Shown piece after piece: positions 9,109-16,642 of a stretch of DNA of 64,000 nucleotides. A model generated the notes under the pieces. The model ran no database searches, had not been told where the DNA came from, and saw only the letters and a list, made by a program, of their open reading frames with translations. Where the stretch lies: positions 119,447-183,446 of the forward strand of contig CAWBQG010000003.1 of the NCBI GenBank assembly GCA_963791085.1, given 5' to 3'. The stretch is from an uncultured Acidobacteriaceae bacterium (GTDB taxonomy: Bacteria > Acidobacteriota > Terriglobia > Terriglobales > Acidobacteriaceae). The position numbers were made by a program, and so were the translations under genes. Every line of letters starts with the position of its first letter. Within the stretch, counting starts at the first letter, position 1.

Positions 9109-9194
9109 TTGTCATGCTGAGCGTTAGCGAAGCATCCCTGCAGGGCTAACGAATCTGGTGGAGTAGAGATTCCTCACTTCGTTCGGAATGACAA
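9109..9194. repeat. MITE-like 86-bp element with 'ttgtcat...atgacaa' termini (family C) between fdx and iscX
   Basis: 'ttgtcatgctgagcgttagcgaagcatccctgcaggg...ggtggagtagagattcctcacttcgttcggaatgacaa'. The right half recurs at 62619..62693. A related left-half-like unit lies at 37935..37972. Confidence 0.7.
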
Positions 9195-9206
9195 TTTGCG
9201 AGATTC

Positions 9207-9620
9207 TTAGTGTTCTTCCGAAACGTAATTCCGGTTCCAGGCCGGAATTTCCACGACTACCTTACCCGGCTTTTGAATCACCGCTTGGCATCCGAGACGC
9301 GAGTTTAGCTGAAGGTCAGCGGCCATGTCGAGCTTGTCGGCTTCATCGTCTTCCATCTCGGAGATCAGATCCGCGCCCTCTTTAACCCAGACGTGACAGG
9401 TGGTGCAGGCGCAGTTGCCGCCGCAGGCGTGATCGAGGTGCACGCCGTAATTCAGTGCGACATCGAGAATCGACTGCTCTTTGCCATGATCCTTGTAGGG
9501 CAACTTGCCATGCTCGAAGGCGACGGTCTTGCCTTCAGGCAGGAAGGTGATCTCAACGGTGTTTTCGGTGGGAGCGTCGATAGTGGTGACTCCGGTGGAT
9601 TGTGTTTTTTCCTCAGACAT
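9207..9620 (-). CDS. fdx: ISC-type 2Fe-2S ferredoxin
   Basis: 137 aa with an adrenodoxin-type cluster motif (CGGNCACTTCHVWV ... RLGCQ). It lies between hscA and iscX. Confidence 0.9.
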   Translation of the reverse strand: MSEEKTQSTGVTTIDAPTENTVEITFLPEGKTVAFEHGKLPYKDHGKEQSILDVALNYGVHLDHACGGNCACTTCHVWVKEGADLISEMEDDEADKLDMAADLQLNSRLGCQAVIQKPGKVVVEIPAWNRNYVSEEH

Positions 9621-9629
9621 ATGACTCCA

Positions 9630-9690
9630 AAGGTTGCAAGGTTTTCAAAGTTTCAAGGTTCAAAGTCCAAACCCCCGTTGAAACCCGCTC
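9630..9690. repeat. 'gtttcaaRg' short-unit repeat (family B) between hscA and fdx
   Basis: 'aaggttgcaaggttttcaaagtttcaaggttcaaagtccaaaccc'. Confidence 0.7.
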
Positions 9691-11614
9691 CTACTTAAAT
9701 TCTGCCTTCGCCACCGGATGCCCGGCCTTTGGTCCTTCTTCCAGATCGGTATCATCCATGGCCTTGCCTTTGAGCGCGGCGGTGACGGCGGTATCCATCA
9801 TGAGCTCCGCTAGATGCATCGTTCCCTCGTTGAGCGCGTCAATCGCTTTGCGGATCCCCTGATAGTCGCTGCCATCGATCGCCGCGACCAGCGATTTTTC
9901 CAGGGCCTCCGCATTGGTTCGCTCGGCGCTCGTAAGTTCCTGCCATGCCGGATTCTTCTTTCCCTTGGCCAGCGCAGCGAGGATGGTCTCAGCTTCGCGG
10001 CGCGCTTCAATCACCTGGCGCTGGCGGAAATCCTCTTCGGCGAAATCGAACGACTCGAGCAGCATGTTCTCGACCTGCTCGTCGGTCAGGCCATAACTGG
10101 GCTGAACGTCGATCTCGGCTTCCTTGCCGCTGCGCTGCTCGCGGGCGGAAACGTGCAGAATGCCGTTGGCATCGATCAGGAATTTGACTTCGATGCGCGG
10201 CATGCCGGCAACCATGGGCGGCACGCCCTTCAGATCGAATCGGGCGAGCGAGCGGCAATCCCGCGCCAGTTCACGCTCGCCCTGCAACACATGGATTGCG
10301 ACGTTGGTCTGGCCGTCGACCTGCGTGGTGTAGTACTGCGTTGCCGAGGCCGGGATCGTCGAATTGCGCAGGATGATTTTATCGGTCACGCCGCCGGCGA
10401 CTTCGATGCCGAGCGAAAGCGGCGTTACGTCGAGCAGCAGCATCTCTTTGGTGACGGCCGAGCCACCACCGAGAATATTTGCCTGCACGGCCGCGCCGAG
10501 AGCTACCACTTCATCGGGATTCAGATCGGTATGCGGAGTACGTCCGAAGAGATCCTGCACCAGTTGGCGGACTTTCGGAATACGCGTGGATCCGCCGACC
10601 AGTACAATCTCGTCGATCTGCGCGGGCTGCAGACCAGCATCTTTCAAGGCCTGTTTAGTTGGCCCGACGGTGCGATCGATGACGGGCTGGATGAGCTGCT
10701 CGAACATTTCGCGGGTGATTTCGCGCTGATAATGGCCGCCGCCGGGCAGCTCCACATCCAGTTTGGTGGCGGGTTGCGATGAAAGTGCAATCTTGGCTTC
10801 GATCACAGCCTTGCGGATGCGCTGAATGGCTCTCGCCGTTGCGGCGGACGTCGAGCTTCAGGTCGCCTTGAATATCGTCGAGCGCAATGGCAATCAGCAG
10901 ATTATCGATATCGTCGCCACCGAGGTGCGTGTCGCCGTTGGTGGCGGCGACCTCGAAGATGCCGTCGTGGAGCTTGAGAATCGAAATGTCGAAAGTGCCG
11001 CCACCGAGATCGTAGACGGCGACGATTCCGTTCTTGTGTTTGTCGAGGCCGTAGGCAAGCGAAGCCGCGGTCGGTTCGTTGACGAGACGAAGCACGTCGA
11101 GTCCGGCGATGCGGCCGGCATCTTTTGTGGCTTGGCGCTGCGCATCGTTGAAATATGCGGGAACGGTGATGACGGCCTTCGTTACCGGGCCGCCGAAAAA
11201 ACGCTCGGCGTTGCGCTTCAGCTGGCGAAGGATGAGGGCCGAAATTTCGGGCGGCGTATAGGTGCGCTCGCCGATCCGGATGCGGAGAACTTCGCCGGGC
11301 TGCAGATCGTCGGCGAGACGAAAAGGAAACAGCTTCAGCTCGTCCCGGACATCTTCAAGGCCGCGCCCCATCAGCCGTTTCACGGAGTAGACAGCGCGCT
11401 CCGAAGTCTCGATCAGAAACTTGCGCGCCGCATTGCCGACGATGACTTGATTGTTGCCATCAAGCGCGACGACCGAGGGCACCAGATTCAACCCGTCTTC
11501 GCCCGGGATGACGGCGGGCGTCTCTCCTTGCATGAAGGCCACGAGAGAGTTCGTCGTGCCCAGGTCGATGCCGACAATGTGATCAGTAGTAGACATTTGT
11601 GATTTGTAATTCAC
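9691..11614 (-). pseudogene. hscA: Fe-S chaperone HscA (Hsp70 family), reading frame interrupted by a 1-nt shift
   Basis: Two overlapping minus-strand ORFs in different frames (10655..11614 and 9691..10806). Together they form a collinear HscA: N-terminal part [13 protein letters not shown] ... [12 protein letters not shown] ... [11 protein letters not shown]-terminal part (A)[17 protein letters not shown] ... VLVGGSTRIPKV. The frame switch must lie within 10828..10857. The start is GTG 11614 or ATG 11596. Confidence 0.85.
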
Positions 11615-11655
11615 CTTCGCCGCGCAGCCAGGCGGTTCTAATTACAAATTGAAAA
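11596..11655. repeat. AT-rich inverted repeat 'tttgtgatttgtaatt / aattacaaattgaaaa' spanning the hscB-hscA junction
   Basis: The 16-nt arms are complementary at 13/16 positions, around a GC-rich loop. The left arm abuts the ATG at 11596. Confidence 0.55.
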
Positions 11656-11669
11656 TTACCAATTGCAAA

Positions 11670-12407
11670 TTATTCCAGCGCCTCGTTCACGTCGCGCACC
11701 AGATTTCTCACGTAGTTCCTGCGGTTCAGCACGTCGAGCATCCGGGCCAGAATCTGTCTGCGATCGTCTTCGGTGCCGGTGTCAACCGCCGTGTCCCACT
11801 TGTTCCACTCGTGCTTCAGTTCGTTGAACAGGACGTCGTATTTTTCTTCCAGAGAAAGCTTGGCTTTCCCGATTTCCTCGAGCAGCGCGGGATCGTCCTC
11901 TCCCGTTTTTTTCTGCATCCGAAGCTCTTCGAGATGCATGTTGAGCTCAAAGACTTCCTCCAGCAGATCGGCGGGCACCACCTGTTTCTTCGGTTCTCCC
12001 GTACTACGCGCCTTCTCGGTGGCCTGTTTCGACTGTTCTTCGAGTTCCACACCTTCCAGGCGCAACAGGTATTCCGTCCGCTTGATGGGATCTTTCAAGG
12101 TGCGATAGGCATCGTTGAGCATGGAGCTTTGTTGGAGGCTCCAGGCGCGCTCCTGCTGAGCGGATTGCGCGAAGACGTCGGGATGCAAGCGCCGGCTGAG
12201 CGCGTAAAACTCCTTTTCCAGGATTGCGGTATCGAGCTGAAGTTTGCGCGGGAACCCGAAGAACGTAAAGTAATCCACCGGTACGGCGGGCTGCACTTTG
12301 CCGCACGCGCCGCAAAAGTGAGTGGCGCGCATGGTGCCGCACGACCAGCAACTGGTGCTCGATTCGCCGGGTACGATTAACGACGATTTTGATTCCGTAT
12401 TCGCCAT
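11670..12407 (-). CDS. hscB: Fe-S co-chaperone HscB with N-terminal CxxC...CxxC zinc-finger extension
   Basis: 245 aa with a J-domain (LSRRLHPDVF) and a C-terminal helical domain. The N-terminus is SCWSCGTMRATHFCGACG. It lies between iscA and hscA. Confidence 0.85.
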   Translation of the reverse strand: MANTESKSSLIVPGESSTSCWSCGTMRATHFCGACGKVQPAVPVDYFTFFGFPRKLQLDTAILEKEFYALSRRLHPDVFAQSAQQERAWSLQQSSMLNDAYRTLKDPIKRTEYLLRLEGVELEEQSKQATEKARSTGEPKKQVVPADLLEEVFELNMHLEELRMQKKTGEDDPALLEEIGKAKLSLEEKYDVLFNELKHEWNKWDTAVDTGTEDDRRQILARMLDVLNRRNYVRNLVRDVNEALE

Positions 12408-12555
12408 AAGAAATTCACATACAACAATAATCCACAGCGCTAAATTTAGAGCGGGACGTGTCGCCGGCCCACGAGAAACGGCTGGACAGCCGAGGGAGGC
12501 TGCTCCTGCATTGCTTGTGGTGGACGGGCGAGGGCGCCCGTCGCTCCATAATCAT

Positions 12556-12933
12556 CTAGGCCGAGAACGATGTCCCGCAGCCGCACGACTTCGTCGAGTT
12601 CGGATTCACGAAGACGAAGCCTTGCTGCATCAGCGTCTCCTGGTAGTCGAGGATCATCCCGTGGAGGTAGATAAACGACTTCGGATCGACAAACACGCGG
12701 ACGTCGCCGAATTGAAAGATGCGGTCGCGTTCGCGCGGCTGCGTGTCGAAGCGGATGTTATAGCTCAGGCCCGAACAGCCTCCGCCTTGCACGCCAAGGC
12801 GCAAGCCGCCCTGCTCGGGAGAAATCCCTTCCTTCTGCATGGCGGAGCGAATTTTGGCGATCGCCTTCTCGGTGACCTCGATGCCTTTGGCCGGGGCCGC
12901 GGGCGGAGCAATCGTTTTGAGTGTGTCTTCCAT
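12556..12933 (-). CDS. iscA: iron-sulfur cluster assembly accessory protein IscA (HesB family)
   Basis: The ATG at 12933 begins MEDTLKT. A-type carrier motifs are present: GGGCSGLSY and the C-terminal CGCGTSF. Confidence 0.85.
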   Translation of the reverse strand: MEDTLKTIAPPAAPAKGIEVTEKAIAKIRSAMQKEGISPEQGGLRLGVQGGGCSGLSYNIRFDTQPRERDRIFQFGDVRVFVDPKSFIYLHGMILDYQETLMQQGFVFVNPNSTKSCGCGTSFSA

Positions 12934-13039
12934 AAATCGGTTGCGAGTCGCGAGCCTCAAGTCACGGGAATCAAAATCATGACGCAACCTTCGAACAGGC
13001 GTGGTTGCTCGAAGTACGCCGCACGTGGCTCGCCGCCCT

Positions 13040-13453
13040 TTATCTCGCTTCCACTTCGGCCGGCTTCGCAGATTCCTGCTTTTTCTTCCAGTCGCCGATG
13101 GCGGCGCGAATCGCGTCTTCAGCCAGCACGGAGCAGTGAATTTTGACCGGCGGCAACGCCAATTCTTTCACAATCTCCGTGTTCTTGATCTCCAGTGCCT
13201 GATCAATCGTCTTGCCCTTCACCCACTCGGTGGCGAGCGAGGACGATGCAATAGCCGAACCGCAACCGAACGTTTTGAACTTTGCGTCTTCAATCACGTT
13301 GGTTTCCGGATTGACCTTGATTTGCAGCTTCATGACGTCGCCGCACTCGGGAGCCCCGACCAGGCCAGTCCCCACATCGCTGCTGGCCTTGTCCATGGAA
13401 CCCACGTTGCGCGGGTGGTTGTAGTGATCGATTACCTTATCGCTGTATGCCAT
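13040..13453 (-). CDS. iscU: Fe-S cluster assembly scaffold IscU
   Basis: 137 aa with canonical IscU sequence: MAYSDKVIDHYNHPRNVG, GAPECGDVM, FKTFGCGSAIASSS, LPPVKIHCSVLA. Confidence 0.95.
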   Translation of the reverse strand: MAYSDKVIDHYNHPRNVGSMDKASSDVGTGLVGAPECGDVMKLQIKVNPETNVIEDAKFKTFGCGSAIASSSLATEWVKGKTIDQALEIKNTEIVKELALPPVKIHCSVLAEDAIRAAIGDWKKKQESAKPAEVEAR

Positions 13454-13475
13454 TTCTTGCTCCTCACCCTTTTAC

Positions 13476-13592
13476 AGGTTTCAAAGTTTCAATGTCTCAA
13501 GGTTTCAACAGAACCCACCGGGTCGTCAGAGCTGCAAGAGCTTCACTACGCTCACTTTGAAACCTTGCAACCCTGAAACTTTGAAACCTTGC
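13476..13592. repeat. family B element: about 34-nt imperfect inverted arms of 'gtttcaaRg' units around a central segment (iscS-iscU spacer)
   Basis: The left arm 'caggtttcaaagtttcaatgtctcaaggtttcaa' pairs with the right arm 'tttgaaaccttgcaaccctgaaactttgaaaccttg'. Confidence 0.75.
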
Positions 13593-13594
13593 TT

Positions 13595-14884
13595 CTAATG
13601 CGCTTCCGCGGCCCATTTCACACTTTTCAAATCCACGCCTTCTTTCGCCATTTCATAGAGCGGCGAAAGCTCGCGCAGACGTTGCACGGTCTCGACCACG
13701 CGGTCGGCAACATAATCGACTTCGGCCTGGGTATTGAAGCGCCCAATGCCGAAGCGGATCGAACTGTGCGCCAGATCGTCTCCGGTGCCAAGAGCCTTTA
13801 ATACATAAGATGGCTCAAGTGTCGCGGAGGTGCAGGCCGACCCGCTCGAAACCGCGATATCGTTGATGCCCATCAGCAACGACTCGCCCTCGACATAGGC
13901 GAAGCTGATGTTCAGGTTGCCGGGCAACCGGTGTTCTGTCGAACCGTTGATGTAAATCTCGTCCAGGCGGCTCATAATGCTGTCTTTCAGGCGGTTGCGC
14001 AGGCCAGCCAGCTCGCAGGATTCCTGCGGCATTTCTTCCTGCGCGATCGCGCACGCCTTGCCCAGGCCGACAATGCCGGGAACGTTCAAGGTTCCGGAAC
14101 GCATGCCGCGCTCGTGGCCGCCGCCGTCAATTTGAGCGACCAACTGCACGCGCGGATTCTTGCGGCGCACATAGAGCGCTCCCGCGCCCTTCGGGCCGTA
14201 AAGCTTGTGGCCAGTGATGGAGGCGACGTCGATGTTCATCTTGTTTACATCGATGGGAACCTTGCCGATCGCCTGCACGGCATCGGAGTGGAAAACCACG
14301 CCGCGTTCACGGCACAACTTCCCAATCTCCGCCATCGGCTGAAGGATGCCGATTTCGTTATTGGCGGCCATGATCGTGACCAGGATCGTCTTGTCGTCCA
14401 TGGCGCGCTTCAGGTCGTCGAGATCGATGAGGCCGTCTTTTTGTACCGGCAGATAGGTCACGCGGAAGCCGAGTTTTTCGAGGTGCTTGCACGTGTCGAG
14501 TACAGCCTTGTGCTCGGTAACCTCGGTGATGATGTGGTTGCCTTTTTCGCGGTACATTTCAGCGACGCCCTTGATGGCCAGGTTGTCGCTTTCGGTCGCA
14601 CCTGAAGTAAAAATGATTTCCTTGGCCGAGGCGCCAATCAGTTTGGCGATGCGGTCGCGCGAGAGTTCAACCGCTTCCTCCGCCGCCCATCCGAAGGGAT
14701 GATTGCGGCTGGCAGCGTTGCCGAATTTCTCGGTGAAGTATGGAAGCATTTCTTCGAGCACGCGCGGATCCATCGGCGTGGTCGCGTGGTTATCCATGTA
14801 AATGGGCAGTTTTACACCGTCGGGGACGGTGCGCTGTCCGTTGTCTTGACTGCTGGGGGTCGCCGTCTTCACATCCGTACTCAT
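13595..14884 (-). CDS. iscS: IscS-type cysteine desulfurase
   Basis: 429 aa with class V aminotransferase / IscS motifs: [29 protein letters not shown]. Confidence 0.95.
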   Translation of the reverse strand: MSTDVKTATPSSQDNGQRTVPDGVKLPIYMDNHATTPMDPRVLEEMLPYFTEKFGNAASRNHPFGWAAEEAVELSRDRIAKLIGASAKEIIFTSGATESDNLAIKGVAEMYREKGNHIITEVTEHKAVLDTCKHLEKLGFRVTYLPVQKDGLIDLDDLKRAMDDKTILVTIMAANNEIGILQPMAEIGKLCRERGVVFHSDAVQAIGKVPIDVNKMNIDVASITGHKLYGPKGAGALYVRRKNPRVQLVAQIDGGGHERGMRSGTLNVPGIVGLGKACAIAQEEMPQESCELAGLRNRLKDSIMSRLDEIYINGSTEHRLPGNLNISFAYVEGESLLMGINDIAVSSGSACTSATLEPSYVLKALGTGDDLAHSSIRFGIGRFNTQAEVDYVADRVVETVQRLRELSPLYEMAKEGVDLKSVKWAAEAH

Positions 14885-14899
14885 GATTACTCCTGCGCA

Positions 14900-14982
14900 G
14901 CCCCTGAAGGGGCATTTGTTTCCACCTTACGGCATCGCTAAAGCGATGCCCTGATACAAACCTGCTTTACTGCAAACCTGCT
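14900..14982 (+). repeat. hairpin repeats in the iscR-iscS spacer (family A2: ggcaYSgctRaagcSRtgccct...)
   Basis: 'gcccctgaaggggc' and 'ggcatcgctaaagcgatgccctgatacaaacc'. Related units lie at 63911..63957 and 60836..60875. Confidence 0.65.
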
Positions 14983-15450
14983 CTACGAAATCGTGACCAA
15001 ATCTGCCGGCTTGCTGATCGCTTGCTGCTTGACTTCGATCGTCTCCGGCTCTTCTTTCATCTGCGAAATCCGAATGTTTTTCAGCACCTGCTCGATGCTT
15101 TCATTCACTTTGCGCAGCGGCTCGCGGATGGTGCAGCGGTTGCTCTGGCCGCACTCGCCTCGCACCGTGACGCACGAAGTAATGAACAATGGGCCGTCGA
15201 TGGCCTTGATCACCTCGAAAGCCGAAATCGTTTTGGCGTCGCGCGCCAGCGTGTATCCGCCGTTGATGCCATGCTGCGAAGTCAGCAAGCCAGCCTTGGC
15301 CAGCCGCTGCAAAATCTTGGCCAGAGCTTCCTGCGGAATGCCGTAAGCCTCGGCAACATCCTTGGCGCTGCAGGCGCCGTCTGCCGCGCGCTCCGCCAGG
15401 TGCTTCATTGCCATCAGTCCGTAGTCGGCTTTCTTGGTCAGCTTTAGCAT
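14983..15450 (-). CDS. iscR: Rrf2 family transcriptional regulator, IscR-like
   Basis: 155 aa, starting MLKLTKKADYGLMAMKHLA with a winged HTH. Cys residues (ITSCVTVRGECGQSNRC) could ligate a cluster. It is the first gene of the isc operon. Confidence 0.85.
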   Translation of the reverse strand: MLKLTKKADYGLMAMKHLAERAADGACSAKDVAEAYGIPQEALAKILQRLAKAGLLTSQHGINGGYTLARDAKTISAFEVIKAIDGPLFITSCVTVRGECGQSNRCTIREPLRKVNESIEQVLKNIRISQMKEEPETIEVKQQAISKPADLVTIS

Positions 15451-15468
15451 CCCGGCACCGGCATTTCA

Positions 15469-15518
15469 AATGGCGACCAATACGGTCGGATAGAAGTACG
15501 ACTCTTTCGGTCGCCTTT
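15469..15518 (-). promoter_or_regulatory. two tandem IscR type-1-like boxes (GAC-N7-GTC cores)
   Basis: Minus-strand 'aaaggcgaccgaaagagtcgtactt' (15494..15518) matches the E. coli type-1 consensus ATASYYGACTRWWWYAGTCRRSTAT at 16/25 positions. 'ctatccgaccgtattggtcgccatt' (15469..15493) matches at 17/25. Both counts are by hand. The boxes lie directly downstream of the -10 element. Confidence 0.45.
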
Positions 15519-15519
15519 C

Positions 15520-15549
15520 ATTCTAAACGTATCGGCGGTCCGAGCGCAA
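15520..15549 (-). promoter_or_regulatory. candidate iscR operon promoter (TTGCGC-N18-TAGAAT)
   Basis: Read on the minus strand: -35 'ttgcgc' (15544-15549) and -10 'tagaat' (15520-15525), about 70 nt upstream of the iscR ATG. Confidence 0.45.
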
Positions 15550-15713
15550 GCTTGAGCAGCCAGCGGATGAAAATCGCTGGCGAGCGGTAAGTTTAGGGGG
15601 ATAAACGGCTTACGTCTTGGCTGGAACGTGAGTCTCAGTCCTGACAACGGTCGACAAGACCAACTCTAACCGGTCAGTGCCTGGTAACCAGCCGGGGGGC
15701 TTCCTTTGGGGAC

Positions 15714-15742
15714 TTGACATCTGGAGCGACCCGCCCCAAAAT
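15714..15742 (+). promoter_or_regulatory. promoter-like element (TTGACA-N17-CAAAAT)
   Basis: 'ttgaca' at 15714-15719 and 'caaaat' at 15737-15742, 58 nt upstream of the small ORF at 15800. Confidence 0.3.
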
Positions 15743-15799
15743 ACCGCCAATTTCGACAAATCAAACCACCACCCCCTCTTAAGAGCCGAATCACTCCGC

Positions 15800-16003
15800 A
15801 TGCAAATGATGCCGATGCAGCCGTCGCAGCCCCCCAAGCAGAAAATCAGCCGGGAACTTTGCAAGCATCCGCAGGTGCAGATCGTTTCCAGGGACGAGGA
15901 TTCCGAATACGTCGAATGCATGGAATGCGGCGACGTGTTCGAATCGAGCGAATTCAAGGATATGGCGATCGAGGAGAAGAAGGAACCAGAAGAAGAAGAG
16001 TAA
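15800..16003 (+). CDS. small acidic protein with C-x-H...C-x2-C zinc-ribbon-like motif (hypothetical)
   Basis: ATG at 15800 inside ORF 15677..16003. High third-position GC. Motif CKHPQ...CMECG, with an EEKKEPEEEE tail. A TTGACA-N17-CAAAAT promoter-like element sits at 15714..15742. Confidence 0.4.
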   Translation: MQMMPMQPSQPPKQKISRELCKHPQVQIVSRDEDSEYVECMECGDVFESSEFKDMAIEEKKEPEEEE

Positions 16004-16022
16004 CGAGCGCAACCGCCGTAGC

Positions 16023-16607
16023 TCATCGGGGCGCGGCGCTCAGTCTTGCCGCACGACCCCTGGTATAGGCAACGATCACAATGTGAATTGCAATCGCCGC
16101 ACCCAATCCAACTGCGTGGTGCAGCTGTCGGACTCCCGGTTGGCGGCTGGTCTCCAGCAGGGCCAACCCTCCCACGGGCAGGAACAGGCCGAGAGCGGTC
16201 CACAAGCCGGGATTGTATTCACGCCATATGGCGGCGGCGACGTGCAACAGCGCGTTCACGAGGACCAGATACACAATGCTCAATCCCCAACCGATGCCGA
16301 GATAGGTAGCGGCGTAGAGCGAGAGCAGCCCCACGCCCCAAACGCCCGGCAGATTGATCCACAGAACGGCGGCGTGGCTCAGGGCCTCAACCCCGCTAAA
16401 AATCTTCTCGTTCACAAAATTGCGGAAGCGGTCGCCGGTGTGTTCTTCAACCTGATGGAACATGTAAACCGGGAGCAGGGAATACGTGAGAAGCCACGCG
16501 GCGTCCGGGTGTTTCGGGAGCGCTGGCAACAGCAGCGTCAAAACGGTTGCGGTGCAAAGCGCCGCCGCCACCCAGTGTTCATTGAGCCAGCGCTCGATCA
16601 TGTCCAA
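16023..16607 (-). CDS. HXXEE domain-containing membrane protein
   Basis: 194 aa with multiple TM helices and the motif 'FHQVEEH'. Confidence 0.75.
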   Translation of the reverse strand: MDMIERWLNEHWVAAALCTATVLTLLLPALPKHPDAAWLLTYSLLPVYMFHQVEEHTGDRFRNFVNEKIFSGVEALSHAAVLWINLPGVWGVGLLSLYAATYLGIGWGLSIVYLVLVNALLHVAAAIWREYNPGLWTALGLFLPVGGLALLETSRQPGVRQLHHAVGLGAAIAIHIVIVAYTRGRAARLSAAPR

Positions 16608-16642
16608 AGTCTAAGGCAAGTCGCTCTCGCGATGGGCGAACG

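Noticed and set aside
13476-13592. A possible CRISPR array, suggested by the reiterated 'gtttcaa' units (also at 9630 and 45544)
   Set aside because: The units are only 7-10 nt long and are arranged as inverted arms with no unique spacers of 25-40 nt. No cas genes are present. This is a dispersed hairpin repeat family, not a CRISPR.
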